A stretch of DNA of 64,000 nucleotides from an uncultured Clostridiaceae bacterium (GTDB lineage: Bacteria > Bacillota > Clostridia > Saccharofermentanales > UBA5734): contig OW818697.1 of assembly GCA_942493365.1 (NCBI GenBank), positions 1,634,634-1,698,633 on the forward strand. Direction: 5' to 3'. How positions within the stretch are numbered: the stretch's first letter is position 1; each line of letters starts with the position of its first letter. The translations under genes and the position numbers were made by a program. Positions 36,957 through 46,598 of the stretch are shown here, piece after piece. The notes beneath the pieces are model-generated. The model saw only the letters and a program-made list of their open reading frames with translations, had not been told where the DNA came from and searched no databases.

Positions 36957-38196
36957 CCTGTTCGAGTCGGTAGATCTGACCGTTGAGGTCTACAACCCGC
37001 AGTTCGCCGGCCGCGTCTACGCCAAAAGACGCGATGTTAATCGCCGAATCAAGAATCATGGTATTGTGCGCCAACCCGTCTTCGTCGATCCAGAGCGACC
37101 AAAGCCGGCCCGATACGTAATCGCCATAGATGTAAGTTGCCTTGAGCAGCGGCGATTGTGTGCCGGCGTAGACATAGCCGCCGGTGATCGATTCGTCTGG
37201 CGCATGCGGGTATTCCCACACCGGCGGAATCATATCCGCCAAATTGAGGCCGGGAACATCTTTGTAGGCATGCAGCCCCTCTAAAGCGCTCCAGCCATAA
37301 TTGCCGCCCTTGACAATCAGATCGACCTCTTCATAGAGACTCTGTCCGACATCCGCTGCCCACAGGCGGCCACTTGCGTCAAAGCTGAAACGCCAGGGGT
37401 TGCGCAGCCCAAAGGCGTATATTTCTTCGCGGTATCCCTGCGTATTGCCGACGAAGGGATTGTCTACCGGTATGCTGAAAGGCTGGCTGCTCTCCGATGG
37501 ATGAACGTCGATGCGCAGGATTTTGCCCAGCAGCGTGGTCAGATTCTGACCATTGTTCTGAGGGTCGCCCCCGGACCCACCATCGCCGACGGCAATATAC
37601 AGGTAGCCGTCCGGCCCAAAGGCCAGGCATCCGCCATTGTGGTTTTCGTAGGGCTGGGCAAAGGTCAGCAGGACTTTTTCGCTGGCCGGGTCGGCGGCCA
37701 ATGGATTTGTCGCGCTCCGGGTCAGTCGTGAGATGACCGTCCCGGCGCTGTTGGTGTAATTAACATAAATAAAACCGTTGCTTTTATAATCGGGATCAAA
37801 CGCCAGTCCCAAGAGGCCCTGTTCACCGCCGCCGGAACGCACACGATCGGTTAGATCCAGAAAAACATCCGCGGTGGTGGTATCAGCCTGATCGACAAAT
37901 ATTTTGATTCGACCTGCCCTTTCCACGACAAAGGCGTATTGGCTTAAAGCATCGACAACGCCAAAATACAGCGGCTGATTGAAGGTCAGATTGGGGTAGG
38001 CATTAACCAGGCTGAAGGTGCCTGTTTCCGGCGCGGGTGTCGGTGTCGGCGCTGGCGTCGGCGTCGGTGTCGGCGGTGCCGTCGTTGTTATTGTTGGAAC
38101 CACCGATGTTTGCTGGCTCGTCAGCGTCGCGCCCTGGCAGGCTGTCAATGCTGAAAGTGTGATGATCATCAACAGAATAAAATGCAACTTTTTCAT
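36946..38196 (-). CDS. PQQ-dependent sugar (glucose/sorbosone) dehydrogenase-like beta-propeller lipoprotein
   Basis: Lipobox LSALTAC, a Thr/Pro linker, then FAQPYENHNGGCLAFGPDGYLYIAVGDGG...FGLRNPWRFSFD, typical of the soluble PQQ sugar dehydrogenase family. There is an 11-nt convergent overlap with the cyclase gene. Confidence 0.8.
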   Translation of the reverse strand: MKKLHFILLMIITLSALTACQGATLTSQQTSVVPTITTTAPPTPTPTPAPTPTPAPETGTFSLVNAYPNLTFNQPLYFGVVDALSQYAFVVERAGRIKIFVDQADTTTADVFLDLTDRVRSGGGEQGLLGLAFDPDYKSNGFIYVNYTNSAGTVISRLTRSATNPLAADPASEKVLLTFAQPYENHNGGCLAFGPDGYLYIAVGDGGSGGDPQNNGQNLTTLLGKILRIDVHPSESSQPFSIPVDNPFVGNTQGYREEIYAFGLRNPWRFSFDASGRLWAADVGQSLYEEVDLIVKGGNYGWSALEGLHAYKDVPGLNLADMIPPVWEYPHAPDESITGGYVYAGTQSPLLKATYIYGDYVSGRLWSLWIDEDGLAHNTMILDSAINIASFGVDAAGELRVVDLNGQIYRLEQVSN

Positions 38197-38225
38197 AACT
38201 AGTTCCTCCTTTTCTCGAAAAACGA

Positions 38226-40112
38226 TTAAGGTCTCCCCGCCTGATCATAGACCCTGCTGACTTTGAACAGCCGATCCAGTTTGTAGGTTGCGCTGTTGCG
38301 CATGGTATAGCCATTGACTGGCGTTTTGTCGACATAAATGTAATTGCTGCCGGGGTACATGTAAGCTGTCGTGCCGAGGCCGCCGAACAGAATAAAGCCC
38401 TGGTTTTGCAGCCAGATCGACCGTTCGTCCGCGCCCGTTAAAAATGAACCGTTCGGATAATTCAAAAAAGCCACCGGACCAGTCAGCGCGCCAACTTGAG
38501 CCAGCCATTTGCCGGTGTCGGCCTGAATGCGTTCCAGGCTCTGGTTGCGGGCGTCAATAAAACCGTAAGTTGATGAGGCAAAAAGCCAGCCCGTGTTTTT
38601 CAAACGGTTGATGATGGTTTGCACGGCCGCTTTGTTTTCGGCAATCTGCGCCGACGACAGGCTGATCGGCGCAAACCCATTGTCCTGCAAGGCCGCATTG
38701 CGATCATCCAGCTGATCCTCCTCCGTCACCTGACCGAAAATGCATTCATAGCCGGTCAGCGAAATCGTGCCTTTGGCGCCATCGTGCGAAAAGTCAGGGT
38801 GGGCGCTGACAAACAAGTCGAGGATGCCAATGGCCTCACCTTGACGATCGACGGTCATCTGCCCGCTGCTGTTTTGGTATTCGGCGCTGACTTCGCCCCC
38901 TTCATCCAGCACCAAATCCCAGGCGTTGCCGGTTTGGCGGCGCGAGGCATAATAGTTGAGCCCCTCAATGACCAGCACCAACGGTTTTTTGCCTTCCGGC
39001 AGCTCGAGCTGGGCGACACGCCGATCACTGGTGTAGATGCGGCTGGAATCAATCAGGATGTAATTGTTGGCATATAACTCAGCCAGCATGGCGCTGAATT
39101 CCCCGGTTGTCATCATCGAATCGTTGGCGGCATCGGCATAGCTGTCGCCGTCAAAAGCGGCAGCATTGTTGTTAATCAACGGTTTGATGCTGATCAATTC
39201 GATGCGCCCGTTGTAGGGCAGCAAAACAGCCGGCAGGTGCGTCGCGCATGCCGTCAGATCAGCCTGAATAACAGTGTCTTCGGTGTAAACAGCGGCCATT
39301 TTCTGCAGCGCCTTTTGCGCCGAAAGAAAGCGCCCGCCAGCCATCAGCGCTTGCGCCTCGTCGAGCAATGGCCGATACATTTCCGTCCGGCATTCGTCCA
39401 TGCGCAGACGAGCCTGGTCGTGGACATAGCCTGCCAGCTCAGCGTGGTCAAGGATCGTCGCAAAGCCGGCCCAGGCCGCCCAATAATGGTCCGCCTCAAA
39501 ATCAGCCATCGCCGTCATCATCATGGCCTGACCGCCCGTCATGCGCTCAAATTCACTGGGCAGTTCGCCGATGGCATCCTGCAGATTGGGCAACGTTGCC
39601 AGCTGGCTAAAAGCGTTTTCCAGGATAGGCAAACTGGTTTTGCCTTGCAGATAATCCTGACACAAGCCGCGCAAAAATGCGATCAGTCGAACCGCGGAGA
39701 CTTCGGCCATTTTTTCAGCGAAGGTCAATTCGTTGTTGTTGAGCGTCATTTGATCCAGCAGATGGTTTTCGATCGATGCCAACTGCGCATTGGTAACCGC
39801 TTCCATTTCTGCCAGGGCGTGCTGAAAGTTTTTCTGCTGCTGATCGAGCAAGCCCGACGTCAGCGCATTGCCCTGCGTCAGGCGATAAATGGCAATCGCG
39901 TCGTCATAGCGGTTTTCAGTCATGGCCAGTTTAAAGTCCTTGAGGACCGCGTCAGTTCGCTGATCGCCGGTCACGATGTAAAGACCGACAATGACAGCCA
40001 CGGTCAAGGCCACCGCAAGCAGAATGATCAGCAGGCGGCGCACCACGGGATTGCCGGTTTGTTCGTCGCGAATGTAGACCGTCTTGGCCATGTCAGGACT
40101 CTTCCAGGCCAA
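38226..40112 (-). CDS. membrane-anchored protein of unknown function (helical-repeat region plus ~300-aa C-terminal extracytoplasmic domain)
   Basis: One N-terminal TM segment (LLIILLAVALTVAVIVGLYIV). I recognise no catalytic motif. The C-terminal part vaguely recalls divergent polysaccharide-deacetylase-like proteins. The alternative start ATG 40091 would remove the overlap with parC. Confidence 0.5.
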   Translation of the reverse strand: MAWKSPDMAKTVYIRDEQTGNPVVRRLLIILLAVALTVAVIVGLYIVTGDQRTDAVLKDFKLAMTENRYDDAIAIYRLTQGNALTSGLLDQQQKNFQHALAEMEAVTNAQLASIENHLLDQMTLNNNELTFAEKMAEVSAVRLIAFLRGLCQDYLQGKTSLPILENAFSQLATLPNLQDAIGELPSEFERMTGGQAMMMTAMADFEADHYWAAWAGFATILDHAELAGYVHDQARLRMDECRTEMYRPLLDEAQALMAGGRFLSAQKALQKMAAVYTEDTVIQADLTACATHLPAVLLPYNGRIELISIKPLINNNAAAFDGDSYADAANDSMMTTGEFSAMLAELYANNYILIDSSRIYTSDRRVAQLELPEGKKPLVLVIEGLNYYASRRQTGNAWDLVLDEGGEVSAEYQNSSGQMTVDRQGEAIGILDLFVSAHPDFSHDGAKGTISLTGYECIFGQVTEEDQLDDRNAALQDNGFAPISLSSAQIAENKAAVQTIINRLKNTGWLFASSTYGFIDARNQSLERIQADTGKWLAQVGALTGPVAFLNYPNGSFLTGADERSIWLQNQGFILFGGLGTTAYMYPGSNYIYVDKTPVNGYTMRNSATYKLDRLFKVSRVYDQAGRP

Positions 40113-42291
40113 GCTGTCGGTTGGTCAGCGTGTTTTCGCGGATGTAAGTGCCGACCGCCGGCAGATTTTTGTTGCGGTAATACTGCGGTTCGGTGATGTC
40201 GGTATCGGACAGGCGGCGGAAGGTGGCCATCGTGCTGCCCTTTTTCGACAGCAGCACCTGCACGCCCTGCGTCGAACGGGTGGTCTTGATCGGAACCAGC
40301 TTGCTGTTGAAGACCAGAGCCTTGCGAATGTTGCTGGTGACCACATAGTCCTCATCGTCCAGCAAATGATGGATGGCGACCAGCGGCGATGCCACGGCAT
40401 AGGCGTTGATCAGCTTCTTGCGATTGGTCTTGGTTTCGTAGGCCACAAGCGGCACCTTGGCGATTTTGCCGCCGGCAAAGCCAAACAGCAGATGACCGGC
40501 GTAGTCCTCGGTCATGTGAATAAAGACAATGCGCTCGCCGTCTTCGAGGCCAAGCAGATTGGGTGTGTATTCGCCGAGGTCGGACGGCTTGTGGTCCTTG
40601 ACCTCGAAGCACTTGAGCTTGTAGACCGTCCCGCGGTCGGAGAACAGCAGCAGATCGGATTTGTTTTTGCCCTCGAGATCCTGGACGATCTGGTCGTCTT
40701 CCTTGGTCTTAAGATCGCCGGCACTGCGCAGCGAGGTCAGGGCAATCTTTTTGAGATAGCCGTGCTCGGTCAGGAAGAGGCGCAGGCGGAAGTCCTCGAT
40801 AAACTGATGATCGGTCAGCACTTCGACATCGTCCTCGTGCACCAGCTGCGTCAGGCGTGGTTTGCCGAATTTTTTAGCGACCGCTTCGAGTTGTTTGACG
40901 ATCACTTTGTCTATGCGTTCGCTGTTCTTCAGCGTGGCTTCCAGCTCGGCGATCTCATCGAGGATATTTTTGATATCTGCGGTCCGTTGCAGAATGTACT
41001 GGCGGTTGAGCTGACGCAGCCGAATCTCGGCGACATACTCGGCCTGCACGGCATCAATGTTGAAACCGGCCATCAGGTTGGGGACAACCTCGGTCTCCTT
41101 CTCGGTCTCTCGGACAATACGCACAGCTTTGTCGATATCCAGCAAAATCTTTTCCAGGCCGCGCAGCAGGTGCAGGCGCTCCTGCTTTTTGCCCAGATCG
41201 AAGACCGTCTCGCGCCGCACGCAGGTGCGCCGCCAGGACAGCCATTCGCCCAAGATACCCTTGACGCCCAGCACGCGCGGCGTGCCGTTGATCAGGATGT
41301 TGAAGTTGCAGGGGAAGGTGGTCTGCAGCGAGGTGAAGCGGAATATCTTCTGCATCAGGGCATCGGGATCGATTGACTTTTTGTAATCGATGGTCAGTTT
41401 GAGACCGTCAATATCGGTTTCGTCGCGGACATCATTGATTTCCTTGACCTTACCCGACTTGACCAGCTCGGTGATGTCGTCGATGATTGCCTCAACCGTC
41501 GTGGTGTAAGGAATGGCCTTGATTTCGATGAAGCCGTTCTTTTTGTCGACGTTATAAGTGCCACGCAGCTTGATGCTGCCGCGACCGGTCTGGTAAACCT
41601 GGGCCATCTCGCGCGGGTTGTAGATGATCTCGGCGCCGCCGGAAAAATCGGGCGCCGGCATGATGTCGAGCAGATCGACGCCGGGGTCGCGGATGTAGGC
41701 TATCGTGGCCTGACAAACCTCGGCCAGGTTGAAGGAGCAGATGTTGCTGGCCATGCCGACGGCGATGCCCTGATTGCTGTTGACCAGAATCGACGGGAAG
41801 CTGGCCGGTAAGAGCGTCGGTTCCTGCATCGTGCCGTCGTAGTTGTCGATGAAATCGACGCTGTTTTTGTCCATGCCACGGAAAATTTCTTCGCACAGTT
41901 TGTCCAGCCGCGCCTCGGTGTAACGGGCGGCGGCACGCTGCATATCGCGCGAATATTGGCGGCCAAAGTTGCCCTTGGAATCGACATAAGGATGCAACAG
42001 CGCCCCGTTGCCGCGGGTCAGTCGCACCATGGTGTCGTAAATGGCCTGATCGCCGTGCGGGTTGAGCTTCATGGTCTGGCCGACGATGTTGGCCGACTTG
42101 GTGCGGTTGCCGGTCAGGAGGCCCATTTTATACATGGTGTACAGCAGCTTGCGATGCGAAGGTTTGAAGCCGTCGATCTCCGGAATGGCGCGCGACACGA
42201 TGACGCTCATGGCGTAGGGCATGTAGTTTTGTTCGAGAGTATCGATAATCGGTTGCTTCTGCACCAGCCCGACCGCTTGTTTTTGTGTCAT
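40093..42291 (-). CDS. parC: type IIA topoisomerase subunit A (topoisomerase IV ParC-like; 732 aa)
   Basis: NYMPYAMSVIVSRAIPEIDGFKPSHRKLLYTM and the active-site AARYTE. Its length, shorter than GyrA, favours ParC. Confidence 0.8.
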   Translation of the reverse strand: MTQKQAVGLVQKQPIIDTLEQNYMPYAMSVIVSRAIPEIDGFKPSHRKLLYTMYKMGLLTGNRTKSANIVGQTMKLNPHGDQAIYDTMVRLTRGNGALLHPYVDSKGNFGRQYSRDMQRAAARYTEARLDKLCEEIFRGMDKNSVDFIDNYDGTMQEPTLLPASFPSILVNSNQGIAVGMASNICSFNLAEVCQATIAYIRDPGVDLLDIMPAPDFSGGAEIIYNPREMAQVYQTGRGSIKLRGTYNVDKKNGFIEIKAIPYTTTVEAIIDDITELVKSGKVKEINDVRDETDIDGLKLTIDYKKSIDPDALMQKIFRFTSLQTTFPCNFNILINGTPRVLGVKGILGEWLSWRRTCVRRETVFDLGKKQERLHLLRGLEKILLDIDKAVRIVRETEKETEVVPNLMAGFNIDAVQAEYVAEIRLRQLNRQYILQRTADIKNILDEIAELEATLKNSERIDKVIVKQLEAVAKKFGKPRLTQLVHEDDVEVLTDHQFIEDFRLRLFLTEHGYLKKIALTSLRSAGDLKTKEDDQIVQDLEGKNKSDLLLFSDRGTVYKLKCFEVKDHKPSDLGEYTPNLLGLEDGERIVFIHMTEDYAGHLLFGFAGGKIAKVPLVAYETKTNRKKLINAYAVASPLVAIHHLLDDEDYVVTSNIRKALVFNSKLVPIKTTRSTQGVQVLLSKKGSTMATFRRLSDTDITEPQYYRNKNLPAVGTYIRENTLTNRQLGLEES

Positions 42292-42316
42292 GCAATCCTC
42301 CTGCTATGATAGTCGC

Positions 42317-44302
42317 TTAGTTGACGTCCAACAGATCCAGGTAGAGGTGGCCGTCCTCTTCGATGTGCGCCTTGCGGCCGGCCAGATTGTCGCCCAGCAG
42401 CATTTCAAAGGTGTCAAAGGTCGCTTTGGCCTCACTGGGAATGACCTGGATCAGCCGCCGCGTCTCAGGGCTCATGGTGGTCAGCCACATCATCTCCGGC
42501 TCATTCTCGCCCAATCCTTTGGATCGCTGGATCTGGCAGGTGTCGGCGCCGAGTCTGGCCAGCAGGTCGCTCTTCTCTTTTTCGTCGTAGGCGAAGTAGG
42601 TCTTCTCTTCTTTTTTAATCCGCTGGGTGATCTCAAACAGCGGCGACTCGGCGATGTAAACGTACCCCTTTTCGATCAGCGTCGGCGTCAGGCGGTAGAG
42701 CATGGCCAGGATCAGCGTCCTGATCTGGAAGCCGTCGACGTCGGCGTCGGTGCAGATGATGACCTTGTTCCAGCGCAGACCGCCCAGGTCAAACTGCGAA
42801 AGGTCCTTGTTGTGTTTGGTCTGGATCTCAATGCCGCAGCCCAGCACTTTAAGCAGATCGACGATGATTTCGCTCTTGAAAATGGTCTCGTAATCGGCTT
42901 TGAGGCAGTTCAGTATCTTGCCGCGCACCGGGATAATCGCCTGAAAATCGGCGTCGCGCCCCATCTTACAGGAACCGAGCGCCGAGTCGCCTTCCACGAT
43001 GTAGACCTCACGGCGGTCGAGATCCTTGGTGCGACAGTCGACAAACTTTTTGACCCGGTTGATCATGTCGATGCTGCCCATCAGTTTTTTCTTGATGTTG
43101 AGGCGCTGCTTTTCGGCGTTTTCGCGGCTGCGCTTGTTGATCAGCACCTGCTCGACCACCCGGTCGCCTTCGGCTTTGTTTTCGATAAACCAGATCTCGA
43201 GCTTGGTCTTTAAAAGGTCGGTCATGAATTCCTGAATGTACTTGTTGTTGATCGATTTTTTGGTTTGGTTTTCATAGCTGGTCTGGGTCGAAAACGAGCT
43301 GGCCACCAGAATCAGGCTGTCCTGAATGTCGATGAAGGTGATCTTGGACTCGTTGCCCTTGTATTTGTCCCGCGACTTGATTTGGCGGTCGAGCTCGCCG
43401 ACAAAAGCATTTTTGACCGCCTTGTCGGGCGACCCGCCGTATTCCAGCCAGCTCGAATTGTGGTAGTACTCAATGGCGTTGACCTCGTTGTTGAAGCAAA
43501 AGGCGATGCTCGATTTGACTCGGTAGTCCGGCTTATCACTGCGGTCGCGGCCGCGCCCGCTGCCTTCGAAAATAACCGGCAGACTGATGCCGGTGCCGGC
43601 GTCGAGCTCGCGCACATAGCCGAGGATGCCCTCAGGATAAAAGAAGGTCGTGGTCTCGCGGCTTTCCTCGTCGATCAGCTTGAAGGTGATGCCGCTGTTG
43701 ACCACGGCCTGGCGCTTGAGTGTCGCCTTGAAGTACTCGAGCGGAATGATGATGTCGGTGAAGACCGCACGGTCGGGCCGCCATTTTTGCAGCGTGCCGG
43801 TCTTCTTTTGCCGCACCGGCTCTTTGCTCAGACCGCCGATGTTCTCGCCCTTTTCGAAATGCAGGCTGTGTTTGAAGCCGTCGCGAATGACCGTGACATC
43901 GAAGTATTCGGAGGCGTACTGCGTGGCGCAGGCGCCGAGGCCGTTCAGCCCCAGGCTGTATTCGTAGTTTTCGCCCGCGTTGTTGTTGTATTTTCCGCCG
44001 GCGTAGAGCTCACAATAAACCAGCTCCCAGTTGAAGCGTTCCTCTTTTTGGTTGTAATCCAGCGGAATGCCCCGGCCTTCGTCCTTGATTTCGATCGAAC
44101 CGTCACGAAAACGCGTGATCTCGATTTCATTGCCAAAGCCTTCACGGGCTTCATCGATCGAGTTGGACAGAATCTCGAAAAACGAGTGCTGGCAGCCTTC
44201 AAGATCGTCGGAGCCAAAGATGACGCCGGGCCGCAGGCGGACCCGGTCAGCGCCTTTCAGCGAGGAAATACTGTCGTTGTCATAGGCTTTGCTTTTGGTC
44301 AT
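42317..44302 (-). CDS. parE: type IIA topoisomerase subunit B (topoisomerase IV ParE-like)
   Basis: GHKL ATPase motifs (LKGADRVRLRPG, NSIDEA, GLNGLGA). The TOPRIM domain includes EVYIVEGDSA, plus the PVRGKILN motif. Confidence 0.85.
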   Translation of the reverse strand: MTKSKAYDNDSISSLKGADRVRLRPGVIFGSDDLEGCQHSFFEILSNSIDEAREGFGNEIEITRFRDGSIEIKDEGRGIPLDYNQKEERFNWELVYCELYAGGKYNNNAGENYEYSLGLNGLGACATQYASEYFDVTVIRDGFKHSLHFEKGENIGGLSKEPVRQKKTGTLQKWRPDRAVFTDIIIPLEYFKATLKRQAVVNSGITFKLIDEESRETTTFFYPEGILGYVRELDAGTGISLPVIFEGSGRGRDRSDKPDYRVKSSIAFCFNNEVNAIEYYHNSSWLEYGGSPDKAVKNAFVGELDRQIKSRDKYKGNESKITFIDIQDSLILVASSFSTQTSYENQTKKSINNKYIQEFMTDLLKTKLEIWFIENKAEGDRVVEQVLINKRSRENAEKQRLNIKKKLMGSIDMINRVKKFVDCRTKDLDRREVYIVEGDSALGSCKMGRDADFQAIIPVRGKILNCLKADYETIFKSEIIVDLLKVLGCGIEIQTKHNKDLSQFDLGGLRWNKVIICTDADVDGFQIRTLILAMLYRLTPTLIEKGYVYIAESPLFEITQRIKKEEKTYFAYDEKEKSDLLARLGADTCQIQRSKGLGENEPEMMWLTTMSPETRRLIQVIPSEAKATFDTFEMLLGDNLAGRKAHIEEDGHLYLDLLDVN

Positions 44303-44389
44303 GCAATGCGCTCCTTCAGGAATGATCGGTGATTATCATACCACTTCTATTATAATGGATAAAGTCGGCAAATTCTGCAAACAATTATC

Positions 44390-44426
44390 AAAAGACCGCC
44401 AAGATTCTCTTAAATCTTCGCGGTCT
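44390..44426 (-). terminator. rho-independent terminator after the tRNA pair
   Basis: On the minus strand AGACCGCGAAGATT / AATCTTGGCGGTCT form a 14-bp stem with one G-G mismatch and a 6-nt loop, followed by TTTT. Confidence 0.55.
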
Positions 44427-44429
44427 CTC

Positions 44430-44506
44430 TGGTGAGCCTAGCAGGACTCGAACCTGCGACCCACAGCTTAGAAGGCTGTTGCTCTATCCACCTGAGCTAT
44501 AGACCC
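44430..44506 (-). tRNA. tRNA-Arg (anticodon UCU), CCA encoded
   Basis: The reverse complement is GGGTCTATAGCTCAGGTGGATAGAGCAACAGCCTTCTAAGCTGTGGGTCGCAGGTTCGAGTCCTGCTAGGCTCACCA. It has a 7-bp acceptor stem (two G-U pairs), an anticodon arm ACAGC-CUUCUAA-GCUGU and a GGTTCGAGTCC T-arm. Confidence 0.9.
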
Positions 44507-44510
44507 ATTT

Positions 44511-44584
<74 letters not shown>

Positions 44585-44642
44585 ACGGGATTTCGCCTGC
44601 CTGCTGATTTTACCGCAAGGCACAATTTTTGTCCAGTACCGT

Positions 44643-44670
44643 TTTACATTGTTCGTCATCATGTTAGAAT
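44643..44670 (+). promoter_or_regulatory. candidate promoter of the homocysteine methyltransferase/MTHFR gene
   Basis: TTTACA (44643-44648), 16-nt spacer, TGtTAGAAT (TG at 44662-44663, TAGAAT at 44665-44670). Confidence 0.4.
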
Positions 44671-44700
44671 ATGAAAATCAAGACAACTGGAGGACGGCCC

Positions 44701-46482
44701 ATGCGCGCAGCCAACGAGTTATTATCCAGCGATCTGATCCTGGCCGACGGCGCCATGGGCACCTACTATGCCCAATTGGCCGGCAACAGCACGGTCAGTT
44801 GTGAACTTGCCAATACCGAGAACCCAGCGCTGATCCGCCAGATTCATCAGGAATATCTCGCGGCCGGCAGTCGCCTTTTACGCACCAACACCTTCGCCGC
44901 CGCTGCCGTCTTGGGCACGAGCGACCCCGTCGGACTGGCCGCCATCGTGCGCGCCGGTTACACCATCGCCGTCGAATGCGCCGGTGATCTGGCCTTCGTC
45001 GCCGCCGACATCGGACCGGTTTACAACCTCGATGCCGACGAAGGCGCCGCGGCCACGCAGATCGTGGTGGATACCTTTGTCGATTTGGGCGCGCAGCTTT
45101 TCATCTTTGAAACCTTCGCCGATCCAGACGACTTTCTCCCCTTCTGTCAGCAGATCAAAGATCGCCAGCCGCAGGCTGTAATCATCGCCTCCTTCACGCT
45201 GTCCGCTGATGGCTACACCCGCAAAGGCTTATCGCTGACACAGCTTTCGCGCACGATGGAAGCCAGCCCGCTGATCGACATCTGGGGCATGAACTGCGGC
45301 ATTGGCCCCACCCACCTGGCCGAACAATCGCGCCACTTGGCCGCCACCGGCAAGCCGCTGACCCTGATGCCCAACAGCGGTTACCCCCACCAGGAAAACC
45401 AGCGTTTGGTCTTTGGCTCGACGCCCGACTACTTCGCCCAAGCCACCGCCGCGATGGCTCACGGCCGCACCCGCCTACTCGGCGGCTGCTGCGGCACCAC
45501 GCCCCAGCACATCCGCGAATTGCGGCTCAGCCTGGATCAAGGCCGGCCAGAAGCGGTGCCCATTGCGCGCAATCAACCGATCGCTACCCCCGGCAAAGTG
45601 GCTGCCCACGGCCGTCTCGCCGACAAGATGGACCGCGGCGATTTTATCGTCATCTGTGAACTCGACCCGCCCCGCACCAGCCAGATGGAGCCGATCATCG
45701 CCGCCGCTCGCCAACTGCAGTTGGCCGGCTTTGACGCCATCACCCTGGCCGATTCGCCGCTGGCTCGCGTCAAGATGGAGCCCATCGCCTGTGCCGCGCG
45801 CATCGCCCGCGAGACCGGCATGCTGGTTCTCCCCCATCTCTGCTGCCGCGATCGCAATGCCAACGCCCTGCGCAGCAGCCTCTTAGCCGCCCACAGCGAG
45901 GGCATCCGCCAGGTCCTGGCCATCACCGGCGATGCCATCCCCGAGTCCGATCAAGGCTTCATCAAGCCTGTCTTCAATTTCAGCAGTTTTGGCCTGCTCA
46001 ACCTGATCCAGCAAATGAACGACGATGTCTTCGCCGATGACCCCCTGCTGGCCGCCGCCGCGCTCGATGCCGGCGTGGCCAATCCGGCGGCCGAGCTGGA
46101 TCGCGTCCTGCGCAAACAGCAAAACGGCGCCCGCCTGATCCTGACCCAGCCGGTTTACGATACGCAGGGCCTCGCCCTGATCCGTCAGGTGCGCGCCGCC
46201 GGCCTCAAAGTCCTGATCGGCCTGATGCCGCTGGTCAGTTACCGCAATGCCCGCTACATGAGTGAGGAAGTGCCCGGCATCCACATCCCGCCGGCTGTTG
46301 TCGCCCAGTTTCACCCCGATCAGACCCGCGAGCAGGCGCTCGAAACCGGGCTGGCCGCAACCCTGGCCATCGCCGCCGCCGTCCGCGCCGATGCCGACGG
46401 CTTTTACCTGATCGCCCCCTTCAATCGCGCTGACATCATGGTGCGACTACGCGAAGCACTCCTGCGCGAAAAATTGCTGTAA
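44701..46482 (+). CDS. bifunctional homocysteine S-methyltransferase / 5,10-methylenetetrahydrofolate reductase (YitJ-like)
   Basis: The N-terminal Hcy-binding domain has ILADGAMGT and the zinc ligands GMNCG and LGGCCGTTP. The C-terminal half is MetF-like (ICELDPP, ITLADSP, LILTQPVYD). The start is set to ATG 44701, after GGAGGA. Confidence 0.85.
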   Translation: MRAANELLSSDLILADGAMGTYYAQLAGNSTVSCELANTENPALIRQIHQEYLAAGSRLLRTNTFAAAAVLGTSDPVGLAAIVRAGYTIAVECAGDLAFVAADIGPVYNLDADEGAAATQIVVDTFVDLGAQLFIFETFADPDDFLPFCQQIKDRQPQAVIIASFTLSADGYTRKGLSLTQLSRTMEASPLIDIWGMNCGIGPTHLAEQSRHLAATGKPLTLMPNSGYPHQENQRLVFGSTPDYFAQATAAMAHGRTRLLGGCCGTTPQHIRELRLSLDQGRPEAVPIARNQPIATPGKVAAHGRLADKMDRGDFIVICELDPPRTSQMEPIIAAARQLQLAGFDAITLADSPLARVKMEPIACAARIARETGMLVLPHLCCRDRNANALRSSLLAAHSEGIRQVLAITGDAIPESDQGFIKPVFNFSSFGLLNLIQQMNDDVFADDPLLAAAALDAGVANPAAELDRVLRKQQNGARLILTQPVYDTQGLALIRQVRAAGLKVLIGLMPLVSYRNARYMSEEVPGIHIPPAVVAQFHPDQTREQALETGLAATLAIAAAVRADADGFYLIAPFNRADIMVRLREALLREKLL

Positions 46483-46490
46483 AGAAAAAT

Positions 46491-46519
46491 GAAAAAACCT
46501 GCGACATTGCTGCCGCAGG
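46491..46519 (-). terminator. rho-independent terminator for the minus-strand PHP/flavoprotein operon (may also stop the convergent plus-strand gene)
   Basis: CCTGCG (46498-46503) / CGCAGG (46514-46519) form a 6-bp stem with a 10-nt loop. On the minus strand it is followed by TTTTTTCATTTTTC. Confidence 0.55.
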
Positions 46520-46553
46520 CCAAATTATTGCTTCAAGGAATATCATTCCGCAA

Positions 46554-46595
46554 CTGTTACCTGTTACCTGTTACCTATTACCTGTTACCTGTTCG
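46554..46595. repeat. tandem heptanucleotide repeat (CTGTTAC)x6, two units degenerate
   Basis: The units are ctgttac ctgttac ctgttac ctattac ctgttac ctgttcg. The array ends 3 nt from the stop codon (46599-46601) of the minus-strand flavoprotein gene. Confidence 0.95.
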
Positions 46596-46598
46596 CTC

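Noticed and set aside
44585-44700. A SAM (S-box) riboswitch upstream of the homocysteine methyltransferase/MTHFR gene. Similarly, an L-box upstream of aspartate kinase (33571-33689) and an M-box upstream of mgtA (50447-50533).
   Set aside because: These intergenic regions are only about 85-120 nt. They are largely used up by promoter and RBS, contain none of the conserved cores I remember for these riboswitches, and have no terminator or antiterminator hairpins.
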